From NCBI GenBank assembly GCA_964016885.1, contig OZ024740.1, positions 167,462,001-167,526,000 on the forward strand: 64,000 nucleotides of DNA, read 5' to 3'. Below are positions 1-12,450 of this stretch, in pieces. Position numbers and translations under genes: made by a program. Numbering within the stretch: position 1 is the first letter of the stretch; the number at the start of each line of letters is the position of its first letter. The notes beneath the pieces were generated by a model that saw only the letters and a program-made list of their open reading frames with translations, was not told the origin of the DNA and did not search any database. The stretch comes from Eledone cirrhosa. Its lineage: Eukaryota.

Positions 1-960
1 CCGTGCCTGTAGAGTTTATCCCGAACCGGCAGTGCCCCCCGGTAGCACTGCCAAGCGAGGGATTTCTGGGAATTGTCCATCGTCCTCGGCTCAAAAGTCC
101 TCCGGTACAGACTGGTCAGTTCGACTTCGTCGGGGCCCAAAGCTTCTCCCAGTGTGTCATCGCACTTGTCCACCACTAATCCTCTCTAGAACTCTAGAGT
201 GGAAGTTCCACTGATCGCATTGCCCGCTTGGCAGTGAGTGCCTGGCAACATTCCAGGTGCCAGTTACCCAGTCTCGGTCCCTTCTTGACCCAGGACTGCA
301 GCTCAGTCAAAGAAACGAGCTGCGGAAAGCTCCATCTGATAAACGGCGACCACACCTGTTCACCGTTTAGGCAGAATATCTGGAGATGTCGCAGCCTCAA
401 CGCATGTCTGTGCATCATTAGCCACGGCATGCCCAGCCTTCCGAGTAGAGGGTGCTGGCAGCAGATGGACCGCCTCACCAACGGATCTGGTCCCCGCCAC
501 GAGAATTTGAAGAGGAGCCGTTCCAACTTGACGAGGCGAGGACGGGTGAAAGGCACGACGGTCAGGTAGATGACGGACGCAATGTACGCATTCGCCACCT
601 CCGCGCGACCTTTCAGTGATAGCTTCCTCTCAGCCCATTTTTGGGTGAGACTGGCTACTCCGCTCGTTACTTCGTCCCAATTCTTTTTCACCTGGAGGTC
701 TGGTCCGAAACAAATCCCGAGCAGCTTTACCTGTCCGTCTGTCCATCGCCCCACGATGCTGTTGGACGTCATAGGCTTGCCTCTCCAGGTTCCGAGCAGC
801 AAGCCCACCGACTTTTCCGGGTTTAGTTTGGCTCCTGTCAAGCTTTCATATTCCTTCAACAAGGTGCCAACAACCTCGATTTCTGAGGTGTCCGACACCA
901 TCACTGTGATGTCGTCCGCATAACCGCATATACCGCGTTTCCACGTCCCGGTTCGAGCGG
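1..960 (-). mobile_element. Tx1/L1-clade LINE ORF2 fragment (RT C-terminal half), decayed
   Basis: Minus strand reads YADDITVMVSD..EYESLTGAKLNPEKS..W..RKLSLKGRAEVAN (ORF 194-904), typical Tx1/L1 RT and thumb. Confidence 0.85.
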
Positions 961-1509
961 GATGCCCTGCAACAGCACCACCGCCACCACCATCACTACC
1001 ACACCAAAAACTCTAGTCAAGTTACCTCAACTTCTATTTCTACTTCAACTTCAACACCATCACTACAGTACTACGATCACATCACCACCACCACTGCCTC
1101 ATTATCGCTACCGTCGCTATTTTCTCCCACTACCTCCTGCTAAGTACTACCAGCACAGCACCACCACCACCACCACCACTGCCTCATTTTCACTACCGAC
1201 GCTATTCTCTCCCACTACATCCTGCTAAGACATGCATCGTAGTGTCCCCACTAAAAGAGGAAGGCATCAAAAGATATAAATAGACTGATTTGATGACCCG
1301 GTCAAAAAATCAAAAAAACAAACATCAAAATCAAAACAGCACAGCAACAACGAAAAACGTAAAGAAAAGTGAAAAGAAAAACAAACAGAAAGACAGAGAA
1401 GGAAAAAAAAAAACTAAGTCTACATTCAAACATTACATTACAATGAAATTTATGGTTATTCTTTTTTTTTGTTGGGGCGGGGGAGGGGTACCTATTTGGT
1501 TGTTTGTTT

Positions 1510-4500
1510 ATTTATGTTCGTCTGCAGCGTGATAGTGCCACACTAAAATCACCAATCCTCGATAAGAGTGTTTAAATGTCGAACCTAAACAGTTCGAATA
1601 ACGGTGAAGTGGAGACTGGAATGTCATGTGACAGACTCTCACCCAGCAGCTGCTCCCTGGCTCAGCAGCAGGGACCTGGCTGTCAACCACATACTGCTGG
1701 TGTCGGAGGAAGAAGAAGAAAAGGGACCAGAACCAACTGGACGAAAGAATTGAATAGAACTGTTATGCAATGCTACCTGAAGAGTAACCCCAAGGAGAAA
1801 GGCTATAGGAAACGGATGCATAACATCTGGAACGAGATTGGTCTATTTAAATTAGATCAACAAAAATTGGCTGGGCAGGCTCGGATAATAAGAACTAATG
1901 GGTGGATAAGCGAGCTGGAACTGGAGGAACTGAGCAGAGAGATTAGGTTGGAAATGGAGAGTGGACTATGCCAGGCAAACAAGCCAGTGGGAAATGAAGG
2001 TGAAGAGGTTGAGAGAACGGAGGAACCATCCGAAGCAGACAATGATCTGAATGCTGACGGGCTAGGACAAGATTTGGTTGATATCCTAAACTTAGTGGTA
2101 GATGAAGTGAACAATGATAGTGGGAAACCTATGAACCTAAGATTTGTAGACAGGAAAAAGTTAAAAGAGACAACAGATAAGGTAAACAAAGTCATCCCAT
2201 ACCTTGAGGCGAGGAGCCTTCACCAGTGCAACAATATCCTCAAAGCAACAGCAAATGCGGTGAAGAAATTACTTGGCATAAAAGCGAGAGGAAACAACAA
2301 ACAAGAAAGATCAGAACCTTGGTGGAAGAAACGACTGAATTGTCAAATCAGGGAAATGAGAAATTACATTGGAAAGCTTGAGTCCCTACTGAATGGGACA
2401 TTAAAAAACAGACACTAAAAATAGACTGGAAATAAGTACAAAACTAGGAGGAAAAAGTTAAATATTATCATCGAGGAACTGAAGCAACGCATTGTTTAAA
2501 AGAGTGCAAAAATTAGGCAATACGAGAGCAGAGTCAGTCAGTATAGACAGAACCGCATGTTTGACAACAACCAGAAGATGCTGTTTGGACAGCTTGAAGG
2601 GAAAGGAAGAGGCAACGACTTGATCCCTGAGGCGGAACAAACTAAGACATTCTGGAGAGGAATATGGGAGCAGGATGTTAAACATAATGACCAGGCAGTG
2701 TGGATTGAGACAGTACAAAAGGAGATTAGTGAACAGGCACACCAACAAACTAACTTGAGTATCACAGTTGAAACTCTTAAGTGGCAGGCCAAAAAACTAA
2801 CCAACTGGAAATCACCAGGCCCAGATGGTGTGCAGAGGTATTGGATTAAAAATATAACATCCCTCCACCCGAAACTGACACCCATGTTCAATGACTGCTT
2901 GATGTGAGGTGAGGTACCAGAGTGGTTGACAAAAGGTACCACAGTTCTGGTAATGAAAGACCGAATCAAGGGTAATGATGTTACCAACTATAGACCTATC
3001 ACATGTCTGTCCGTAATGTGGAAACTGTTGACAAGCATTATGTCTGAGGAAATCTACCATCACCTCCACACAAACAACTTGTTACCGGACGAACAGAAAG
3101 GATGCCGAAAGAAGTCCCGTCGTACAAAGGACCAGTTACTTATTGATAAGATGGTAATGAGGATTTGCAAGAGGAGACACACTGGTCTTGCCATGGGATG
3201 GATAGACTACAAAAAGGCATTTGACATGGTGCCTCATTCTTGGATCACCAAAAGCCTAGAGATCTTCAAGGTGGCAGATAACATCAGACAGTTGTTGGGC
3301 AAAAGTATGAAGTCCTGGAAAACAGAGTTAACATCAGCTGGAGAATATTTGGGAGGCGTGAAGATCAAGAGCGGTATCTTCCAGGGAGATAGTCTGTCCC
3401 CTCTGTTGTTTGTCCTTGCCCTGGTGCCCCTGACCATTATACTGCGAAAGTGAGAGCAGGATACAAGTTGGGAAAGGGAGAGCTTACCATCAATCACCTC
3501 CTCTTCATGGACGATCTTAAGCTCTTCGGGAAGAGTGAGAAGGAGTTGGATGTGCTTCTTGACACTTCGTATTTTCAGCAATGATATATGTATACAATTT
3601 GGTATTAGTAAGTGTGGAGTCCTTGTGACGAAGAGGGGTAAATTGAGCAGAAGCAACGGAATTCAGGTACCAACAGGTGAGATGATAAAGGAAATTGACA
3701 CTGAAGAAGGATACAAGTATTTGGGTGTTCTGGAGGCTGATAACATCAAGAACAAAAAAATAAATGAATTGTAAGATCTGAATACATTCGGAGAGTAAGG
3801 AGCGTATTAAAGTCACATCTGAACAGTAGGAATGACATAAGTGCAGTAAATTCCCGAGCTGTGTCTATTATTAGGTACAGTGCGGGAATTCTGAGATGGA
3901 ATGTTTCTGAACAAAAATAAATGGATAGGAAGACTAGGAAGCTATGGACTATCTACAACATTTTCCACAAGAGGAGTGATGTCGATAGACTCTACTTAAG
4001 GAGATCTGAAGGTGGAAGAGGTCTTATCAGCATAGAGGACTGTTTTCAGATGGAGAAAAACAACCTACACAAATACGTGACTGATAGTAAGGAGCCAATG
4101 TTCAGAATTGTACTGAAGGAGAGGACAATAGACCAGGGGATGTCCAAGGTGGAAATAACAAGGAGAAAGAGCAGCCTTCATGAAAAATCCCTTCATAGTA
4201 TCTTCTTTGAGAAAACTGAATTCAGAGATCCACAGACATGGAACTGGTTGAAAAGAGGAGACCTTAAAAAGGCTACAGAAGGAATGTTAATGGCTGCGCA
4301 AGAGCAGACCCTCAAAACGAAGTGGTTGAAACACCATATTTACAAGGAGGAGGCTAGCCCACTGTGCAGGATCTGTGGAGAGAGAGAGTAGACTGTGGCT
4401 CTCAATGTATCCGAGTGTAAACACCTAGGCCAGACTTACTATAAGGGCTGGAGACATGATGTGATGGGCAGGGTGATCCACTGGCACATATGCAAAGTAA

Positions 4501-5020
4501 ACAATTTACCACATTCTGAGAAGTGGTATGAGCATCAGCCAGAGTCGGTGATAGAAAACGATCAGGTGAAGGTGATGTGGGATTTTTGGATACAGACGGA
4601 CACGAAACTGGAACACAATAGACCTGACCTGGTGGTTTGGGACAAGGAAAAAAGATCGTGCCTGATTGTGGATGTGGCCTGCCCATTCGACACGAGAGTG
4701 CAAAAAAAGAGAGGGAGAAAATTAACCGATACCAGGACTTAAAGTGGGAGGTAAAAAGGATTTGGAACTGCCGAGAAGTCAAAGTGGTCCCGATTGTCAT
4801 AGGCGCACTAGGTACTATCTCAAAATGTTTCCAGGGATGGTTAAAGAAAATTGGCCCCGCCACGCTTTTGGGAACGCTTCAAAAGGCAGGCTTGCTGGGA
4901 ACAGCAAGAACCCTCCGATACGTCCTGAATATCTGAGGCTGCAGGTTGTGGCTTGATATTCATTTCAACAAACTTTCCAGTTAACTGAGACTCAAAGAAC
5001 AATAATAATAATAACTATAA
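1510..5020 (+). mobile_element. Near full-length R4/Dong-type non-LTR retrotransposon (RT + Zn knuckle + RLE), inactivated by stops/frameshifts
   Basis: [71 protein letters not shown] across ORFs 1576-4936; (TAA)n tail near 5001-5020; 5' boundary approximate. Confidence 0.9.
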
Positions 5021-5029
5021 TAAAAAAGG

Positions 5030-6150
5030 AAACAAAAGGAAAGAAAGAATAGGGAAATATAGAGAAAAAAAGAAGAAAGAGAACAGGAAGGGGAGTGGAT
5101 GGCAAGAGCTCCGGTGTCGTAGAGGAGTGAAGAGGAGGGGGATTGGGCTAAGGGCCTAGGGCTAGGGCAAGAGAGCAGAAGTATTCCCGCGGACGACGGC
5201 TGCAACAGCAACACTACCTGGCGGGCTCCCTCCTCAGACGGGCCACTGACGTTCCGATCTTGCGGAGGAGCTCGACTGTGTGGGGTCCAAGTACGCAGGG
5301 GGTCTCGACGGTGACCGGTGTGAAGGGGAAGCGGCCGGACAAAAACACGGTAATTTTTAAATTCTACATTATACATAAGTTGGATGCGGAGAACGTGTCA
5401 TACCAGGTGACATACCAGAGGAGGGATCTAACTCCTTCAAATGGAAAGAGGGTGATTCCGTCGGGGCGCTTGCCATCTCCGCGGTCAATGCCTTCCGGCT
5501 CCAGTTGAGATGGAAAGCCTGCTGCGTCCAGGCTTTTTCTCAATATGTTGTTGAGAGTGGCGTTTCGGGGGGGGGGTCTGCGCTCTGGCGGGAAGAATGA
5601 GGGTGCAAGCCGAACATTCTCAACAACTGTCCCGCGGCGGCATTTATGTGATCACACAAGCGGAAGACAAATGTGGTCTATTCCGATGCGAGTGCACTCA
5701 TCATCACGAAAGGTACCGGTTGATGAGGAGGGCACTGAATAGAGCCGACGCGCCGCTGTTGGCCTAGAACTGGAGCGGAGGCGGTGTTGGTCCAAGCCAG
5801 ACTCGATCCACCGGACAGAGGACCTGCAATTAATGTCGTTCCAGTTGCGTTGTACCGTGGTATACTGGGGGATAGATAGGCCTTCGCCTGTACAGTAAGC
5901 CAGAGCCTGTTCCATTTCAGGGGCCAGATCAGGTTCGGCCCTCTGGTGAGAACCTCGCTGACGAGAGCTGGACAGGATGAGATAGAGGAGTGCTAGGCAG
6001 GTAAGACTGACATTGCAGATGAGTTCCGCACATTGCGATGGATGGGTCTTCTTGTTGCCGTAATGATCGTGTAGATTCAGTAACAATTCGAAAGACGTTA
6101 CATGATATCAATCAACCGTACGAAAGTCGGCTGAAAAGATCATTGGCTGA
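5030..6150 (-). mobile_element. CRE-clade non-LTR retrotransposon 3' fragment (RLE domain)
   Basis: Manual minus-strand translation: QRNWND..PSSSTGT.RDDE..RIG; LNNILRKSLDAAGFPSQLEPEGIDRGDGKRPDGITLFPF..RSLLWYVT; FTPVTVET..LGPHTVELLRKIG; AVVRGN. Confidence 0.85.
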
Positions 6151-6409
6151 ACAAGATACTCTCATTAAATGTAACCATATGAGGAATAATTTGCATCATA
6201 GTATCCCTGGTGGTGCACACACGTCTTCCTTTCGTGTTGCAGTGTTTGGATCTCAGTGGTGAAGAAGATTTCTCCTTATTGGTAAAGAGAAAGCTACAAC
6301 ATTCATGACGTCATCATAACTACGATGCTATTTCCCAGCCAAGTAACATTTCATGTAAGGGAACTGATAATTATCAGATGGAACCAAATCAGGAGAATAG
6401 AGAATAGAG

Positions 6410-7930
6410 AACGTTTAGCCTTGGCCTTCTTAGTTCTATTTCGCTGGCCTCTCTGATTTGCCTATCTGCTGGGTCTTTTCTATGTTTAGATATTATTCTA
6501 ACTTCTATGTTGTCTATGTTACCGTTGTGTTGTTGTATGGCATGTTCGTATAGTACTGAACCGTTTTTTCGTCCTTTTAGTTCCCTCCAGTATTGGTCTA
6601 TCCTTTCTGTCTCGCCTATGTATGTTGTTGTCATGTTTCTGCAAGTACCCTCTGTACATCTTATGCTATAGACTACGTTTCTAGTTTTACAGTTTATCCG
6701 GGGGTTTACTTTACATATAATACATTTCCTATTAGTACAGTGGGTTTTCTTAAAAGGGTAGGTTTTGTTGATCAGGGATTTTATGGTGGTTCCTGACTTT
6801 TCTACCACCTTAATCTTTAAATGGGTCTTTCTCAGGGCCTTTCTACACTGGTTAGCAAATTTCCCTCCAGGGGTAGCGTCCACAAACATAACACTCTGGT
6901 ATCTCTGGTTGTCGTACCATGAGGTGGCTTTCCCTATCTTATGTCTTGTCCTATCTAAGCTATTCCATGATTTGCTCCTGTATAATGGGCAAATTCCTTC
7001 ATGTCCAGTTCTATGAGGGTCTTATACTTCTCCGTGGCTCCTTTGTATACTTCTCCGTGACTCCTTCGTATACTCTGATTCTGTTTCTTTGGTTGTAGCC
7101 AGAGAACTGCATGCGGTTGATGAAGTATTGGATGTGTCTTTCCATTTCCGTTGGGTCGCATATGCGGGACACGTTCTTCATCACTCGTACCAAGTCTGCA
7201 ATCAGAATACTAAACTTAGCACTACTGGACATTGCTGAGTTTTTGAGTATCAGGTATTTGGAGGCCATGGGTTTAGCATAGTGTGAGTGGAGAATTTGGG
7301 CTCTCTCGTCTATAGTGTTAATCCAGATTTCCGTGTCTAATACAGGTAGTCTACTTTTAGGGTGTTTGGAAGGGTAGTCGATAGTTATAGTTATACTCTG
7401 GTGTATGGAATTAGCTATCTGATGGATGCTTTCCATTGTGCTACGTTCTAAATCAAACTTGTGAGTGCTCTCTTGTGGGGAGGACCTTATTACTCTATTG
7501 ATGTCGTCTACGTAACGAGAGTACATGATGAGGTCTATGGAGCTGTCATCAAGGAGATCTTTGAGTCTCCTTTCCCACCATACCATAAAAAGGTTGGCAA
7601 CGTCACCAGCTATACTGACGCTAATGGCTGTTCCCTCATTTTGGGTGTAGATCTTCTCGTTGAACTTGAATATGTGGCCCTTTAGGGTAGTTTTGATACT
7701 AGCCCCTATTGCATGTGCGACCATTTTTCTTACCTGATCATTGTTTTGGGGGGTCCGTATAGCTTTGGTCCACCCAATCCACCTTCCCATGGGAGTATTT
7801 TTTGCCATTGAGGTTATGGTAGGGGGTCTACCTCTTATGGTCTACTGGGGCAGAAACGTCTAAGGTCATGGCTGTCTAGGTAGTCAGTGTCGTAGGTAAG
7901 TCTAAGTAGGAGGCCCAGTTCGTCTGTATC
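6410..7930 (-). mobile_element. Penelope-like element fragment (RT + GIY-YIG), same family as 57596-62495
   Basis: SRYVDD, LPVLDTE, CX4CXXC, NVVYSIRC..TYIGET; visibly near-identical to 60475-61985 in reverse complement. Confidence 0.92.
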
Positions 7931-8316
7931 AGAACTATACAACAATTATAAATGTGAAGCGAAAATATATAAAACTACCTAATTTTTTCTTCAAACTCTC
8001 GACTGTACAGTCTATTTTATATATACTAGATTTTTTCTCAACACGCTGTCACGTATGCGTGCGTGTATGCATATGCATATATCTATATGTATAAGTATAT
8101 AAATATATACACAAAAACACAGACACAAAAAGAGACACTCACAGACATACATTCACATAAACATACATACACATACATTTACAGAAACACACACATACAT
8201 GTAGACTCACAAAGAGCGTAGAAAATGGAATGCCAGTCACTGTTTGCTACAGATTTTTCACCATCCTCACGTTCACACAAACACACACATTGTGTGACGG
8301 ACGGATATCGCTCAAA

Positions 8317-8394
<78 letters not shown>

Positions 8395-8403
8395 ATATAG
8401 AAA

Positions 8404-8454
8404 GGCTTCTACAGGACTATAACTGTTTCTTTCGGGGGAAATCATCAGGAAGCC
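8404..8454 (-). ncRNA. Type I hammerhead ribozyme motif
   Basis: ggcttc-CTGATGA-tttc(cccc)gaaa-GAAA-cag(ttatagtc)ctg-TA-gaagcc: 6-bp stem I, 4-bp stem II, stem III, intact core, GUA site. Confidence 0.88.
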
Positions 8455-8531
8455 GACTGTCCAAGTAATATGGTGATATTTATATATTTTCTGGTGGTAG
8501 GAGAGGGTGGTGATTGGGATGGGTGCAGATT

Positions 8532-8589
<58 letters not shown>

Positions 8590-9692
8590 TCTGGTGAGCG
8601 TGTTTGTATGTATGAATAGTGCAATTATAATTTAGATAGCTTAAACTGAGAGAGTATTGAATTTATGAGTGTTTGTATTATATGTACTTTATTAAACAAG
8701 TCAATCTACGGCTGCTACTCAGAGGATCTACTATGTTTCCAAACACGAACACACATAAAGATGCATATATATATTGATATTTGGTGTGTGTATGTTAGTG
8801 GGATTATGAGTGTGTTTGTAGGCGTGTGTCCACGCATTGAACTGCAAATATTAAGTAAATAACTTGATGTTATGTCTCCTATTCACTGTGTTGTATTTGA
8901 AATTTAATGAGGTTCCTATTTTATAAATGCCTGCATGTGTATTAGCTTTTCTGTAGTTTGAGATAATGTAATTGGATACGAATTTGCGGTCTATATCTGT
9001 GGCTAATTCGTATAGATATTTTATTTTATCTGTGAATTTGAAGGTTTTATCGGATCTCTTAATGATCTTGATATATGAGTTGGGAAACCTTCTTGTAATT
9101 ATGAAAGTTGACATTGCTGTTCAGATCTCAGAAATCTGATATGATTCACAATGCTCTAGTTCAGTAATTTTTCACGAGGAATTTGTGTATTTTTATTAAG
9201 AAATGTTAAGTTGATGAGTCATTGATGTGTAAATAATTGAAAATGCTTTCCATTTCATTCGCTTTATGGTATCATCTATTCCTTCCAATAACTTTCGCAT
9301 GCAGTCTTTGTTTAATGTCATTGAATTATCTTTTATCTAATATGGTCAACAACTAAACCTCTTAGTCGCGTAAAGTGTCCTAATATGGGAAACGTTTCTT
9401 TGTATTTGTGTCGGTGATCACTCCAGATGGACTAAACGGGGTGCATATACATCACATTTAGTAATTCAATATTTATATATTAAAGGTATTCGGTAGAAAA
9501 TTGTATCATATTTAGAGTATTTTCTTCATTATTACAGTCATAAGAATCCTATTCATTTTATATAAAATTTGGGGAACGTCACAATCGATTCAATCTATTT
9601 GCACGAATAAATGTTTCCTACTTTGTGGGGATGGAATGTGAATTTGTTCTTGCTGAAACCTTAAGTCGAAATGTAAAGGGATGTAAATAAAT

Positions 9693-9871
9693 AATTGTTT
9701 CTACTTTTGGCACAAAGCCAGCAATTATACCAGTGCATTACTGGTACGTTATTTTATCGACCCCGTAAGGATGAAAGGCAAAGTTAACCTCGGCCAGATT
9801 TGAACTCAGACCGTAAAGGGACGTAACTATGCTGGAAAGCATGGTGTCTGTCACCCTACCGAAACTGCCAA
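9693..9871 (-). mobile_element. tRNA-derived Nin-domain SINE
   Basis: B-box gagttcaaatc and Nin core gcctttcatccttacggggtcgataaaat on minus strand; many copies in window. Confidence 0.8.
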
Positions 9872-10271
9872 TAAATAATGCACTTATATTTTGTCAAAAA
9901 CTCTACAGAGTCTGCCAACTCACAATCTTCACATTATATATAACACAATATATGTTATATCTATAAGAAATCCGTGTATTCTCATACCAGTAAATATTTG
10001 TTTATTTCTAGAAGAGATTACCCTGTAAATGTTTTACATACTAACGTTGCATGTTTAATTATTAACAGAGGAGACATTCAATTTTACTGCCAATTCATGG
10101 GCTGTAAAATACGCACGTTCATTTCATATTATACACCCAACCATACACACACACTGTCACACACATGCACATTTGAGTAGGTTTGGTATGTTTTTGTATA
10201 TATATATATATATATAGTACAAGCATGCATATATACAGGCAGATAGACAGACACACACACATACACGCACA

Positions 10272-10331
<60 letters not shown>

Positions 10332-10419
10332 CACACACATATTTTTCTCATAATAGGCTGAATGAATTGGGACCCAGAACCCAACGAAACATGAGTACCT
10401 GTTTATGTCGCTGTTGTAA

Positions 10420-10450
<31 letters not shown>

Positions 10451-10467
10451 CTTATAAACACACACAC

Positions 10468-10520
<53 letters not shown>

Positions 10521-11467
10521 TGTTAGTACGTTCATGAATGCACGATCTATTTCGATACGTTTGCCTATAATATTTTATGTAAGCGTTGGTGTGTAGATGT
10601 GATTCTGTGTTTATGTAAGAGAATGCAATTGTATATTTGAACGTGGCTCGTGCACCTGGTCTGTTCTTTTTAGTTATATACATTGTGATACTTATTTAAT
10701 TCATCTCCACGTCTAAATATTTCGGCTTTAAATTATGTATTTCTATTTATCGTTTGTTAACACATATACACAGGTGCATGCATACACTATCCTATTTATA
10801 TAATTATATACAAACGTAATGTATGCATATATTATATTTTGTATACAAAGGAAATGAAAGACCAATCAACGCATTATGTGGAATCTGAGAATATTTATAT
10901 TAAGGGTTTGACATGTTTTTGCATTACTATTTGTTTCGTGTTCATAAATACAAGTAGCTCGTTGATATGAGGTAAGCTTGGCATAAAGAAGCTTACACGT
11001 CTTTTAAGAAAACTTGCTGTTATGTAAACCGATGAATGTTTTTGTATGTCGGTTTGATAGAGAAATCTATCCGACTGACAGATGCACAGGGCTAGTTGAA
11101 GCAAAAGTTGTTCTTGCTGTAAATATATATATCCAATAAACTTCAATCCAGGGCCTTCTCAAATCTGTTAGAGGAACTCCTTCCTGGTTGATCTCCACTG
11201 CTTTTAGTTTTGGGGTGTAGCCGTTCTCACCACGCTTAGAAAATTACTGCTTGCTGAGGCCATTGAATCGATAGACTTTTACTCTGACGAGTTCATCCGC
11301 CCTTTAAACAGCTCTTCATATTTTGTTCAGCTGGCGTTCAACTTACCCTCCTCATCAGACCGAGTTGGTGCGACCCGGCTTAGTTGATATGTAGTTAGTT
11401 GTACTGCATTACATGGCTCCAGTGGACATTGTTTCTGTTTCTCCATTGTGTTCTTGTCTCTACTTGT

Positions 11468-11503
11468 GCTCCTGTAGAAGGGCTTAAGTTCGAAACGTCG
11501 AAC
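11468..11503 (+). ncRNA. Degenerate minimal Penelope-type HHR
   Basis: ctc-CTGTAGA-a-gggc(ttaa)gttc-GAAA-cg-TC-ga; core A6 altered. Confidence 0.4.
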
Positions 11504-11591
11504 TTTCTTTCCTCTTTCCAATATAAAGCGTGAAGCTAATAAGATATGTTGTACCTCTGTTTGCTGTCTGCTTGAACTATATATATATATA

Positions 11592-11609
11592 TGTGTGTGT
11601 GTATGTGTG

Positions 11610-11644
<35 letters not shown>

Positions 11645-11658
11645 GTGAATATGTGTGG

Positions 11659-11733
<75 letters not shown>
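11592..11733. repeat. (TG)n microsatellite
   Basis: Direct inspection. Confidence 0.97.
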
Positions 11734-11734
<1 letters not shown>

Positions 11735-11860
11735 TTAATATAGAAATGGCTTCGAATGAAACAGTTCTAGTCCTGTAGAAGCCATTTCTATATTAAACAT
11801 TTATACTCTGCTATGTATTGAGTACCTTACTTACTGTGGTTACTCCCTATTGAACCCGGG
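11730..11860 (+). mobile_element. Short pLTR-like fold-back insertion with the 3' half of the 8404-family HHR
   Basis: tgtttaatatagaaatggcttc..gaagccatttctatattaaaca inverted repeat around gaatGAAAcagttctagtcctgTAgaagcc; tail shared with 29645-29765 and 34700-34810. Confidence 0.65.
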
Positions 11861-12010
11861 GTACGCACACACACAAACAGATATATATAGAGAGAGAGGA
11901 AGGGGGAGGAGAGAGGGGTAGGTAGACAGAAAGAATGAGAGGGAAGTTGTGATATAGAAATAGACAGATAGTGATGTACATACTTAGATATAATTGAGTA
12001 TATATATATA

Positions 12011-12097
12011 ACTTTGCCTTTCATCCTTACGAGTTCGATAAAATAAACTATCAGTGATACACTGGGGTAATAGCTGGCCTTGTGCCAAAAGTAGAAA
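12011..12097 (+). mobile_element. Nin-domain SINE 3' half
   Basis: gcctttcatccttacgagttcgataaaataaac..ggccttgtgccaaaagtagaaac. Confidence 0.75.
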
Positions 12098-12105
12098 CTC
12101 TATAT

Positions 12106-12335
12106 ATAGGAAAAAGGTCAGGACCCCGACGACTGACCTCCGGCCGTTTAGACAGCTAGATATGAACGGCTCAGATCTAGCTGTCGAAACGGCCGCAGCT
12201 CAGCCGTTGGGGTCCTGACTCTTTTCCTATTAACCACTCTACTATCCTAAGTATCGAGTACTCTGGTCCGTTATGGTCCACCTGGCTCCTTACCACACTT
12301 CCTGTTTTCTTTCGGTTGCAACGTTTTTCGAAATA
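12106..12335 (+). mobile_element. Fold-back pLTR-like insertion with 5'-truncated HHR
   Basis: Imperfect palindrome 12106-12230; ATGA-acggc(tcagatcta)gctgt-c-GAAA-cggc(cgcagctca)gccg-TT; related copy at 48775-48943. Confidence 0.65.
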
Positions 12336-12366
12336 TTTTCTTCTGCGTTCACAGATTGATTTTTTT

Positions 12367-12417
12367 AGTTTCAGAAGATCCCGTCAAGGGTGAAAGCAGC
12401 AATTCTTTGCTTAAACT
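12367..12417 (+). ncRNA. HHR-like motif with CAGAAGA (U4A) core
   Basis: agttt-CAGAAGA-t-ccc(gtcaa)ggg-t-GAAA-gca(gcaattctt)tgc-TT-aaact. Confidence 0.6.
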
Positions 12418-12450
12418 TTAATCTGTTATTTTAATATATATATATATAAT

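Noticed and set aside
11147-11260. Possible HDV-like ribozyme (tccactg loop)
   Set aside because: Could not build the P1/P2/P3 nested pseudoknot by eye
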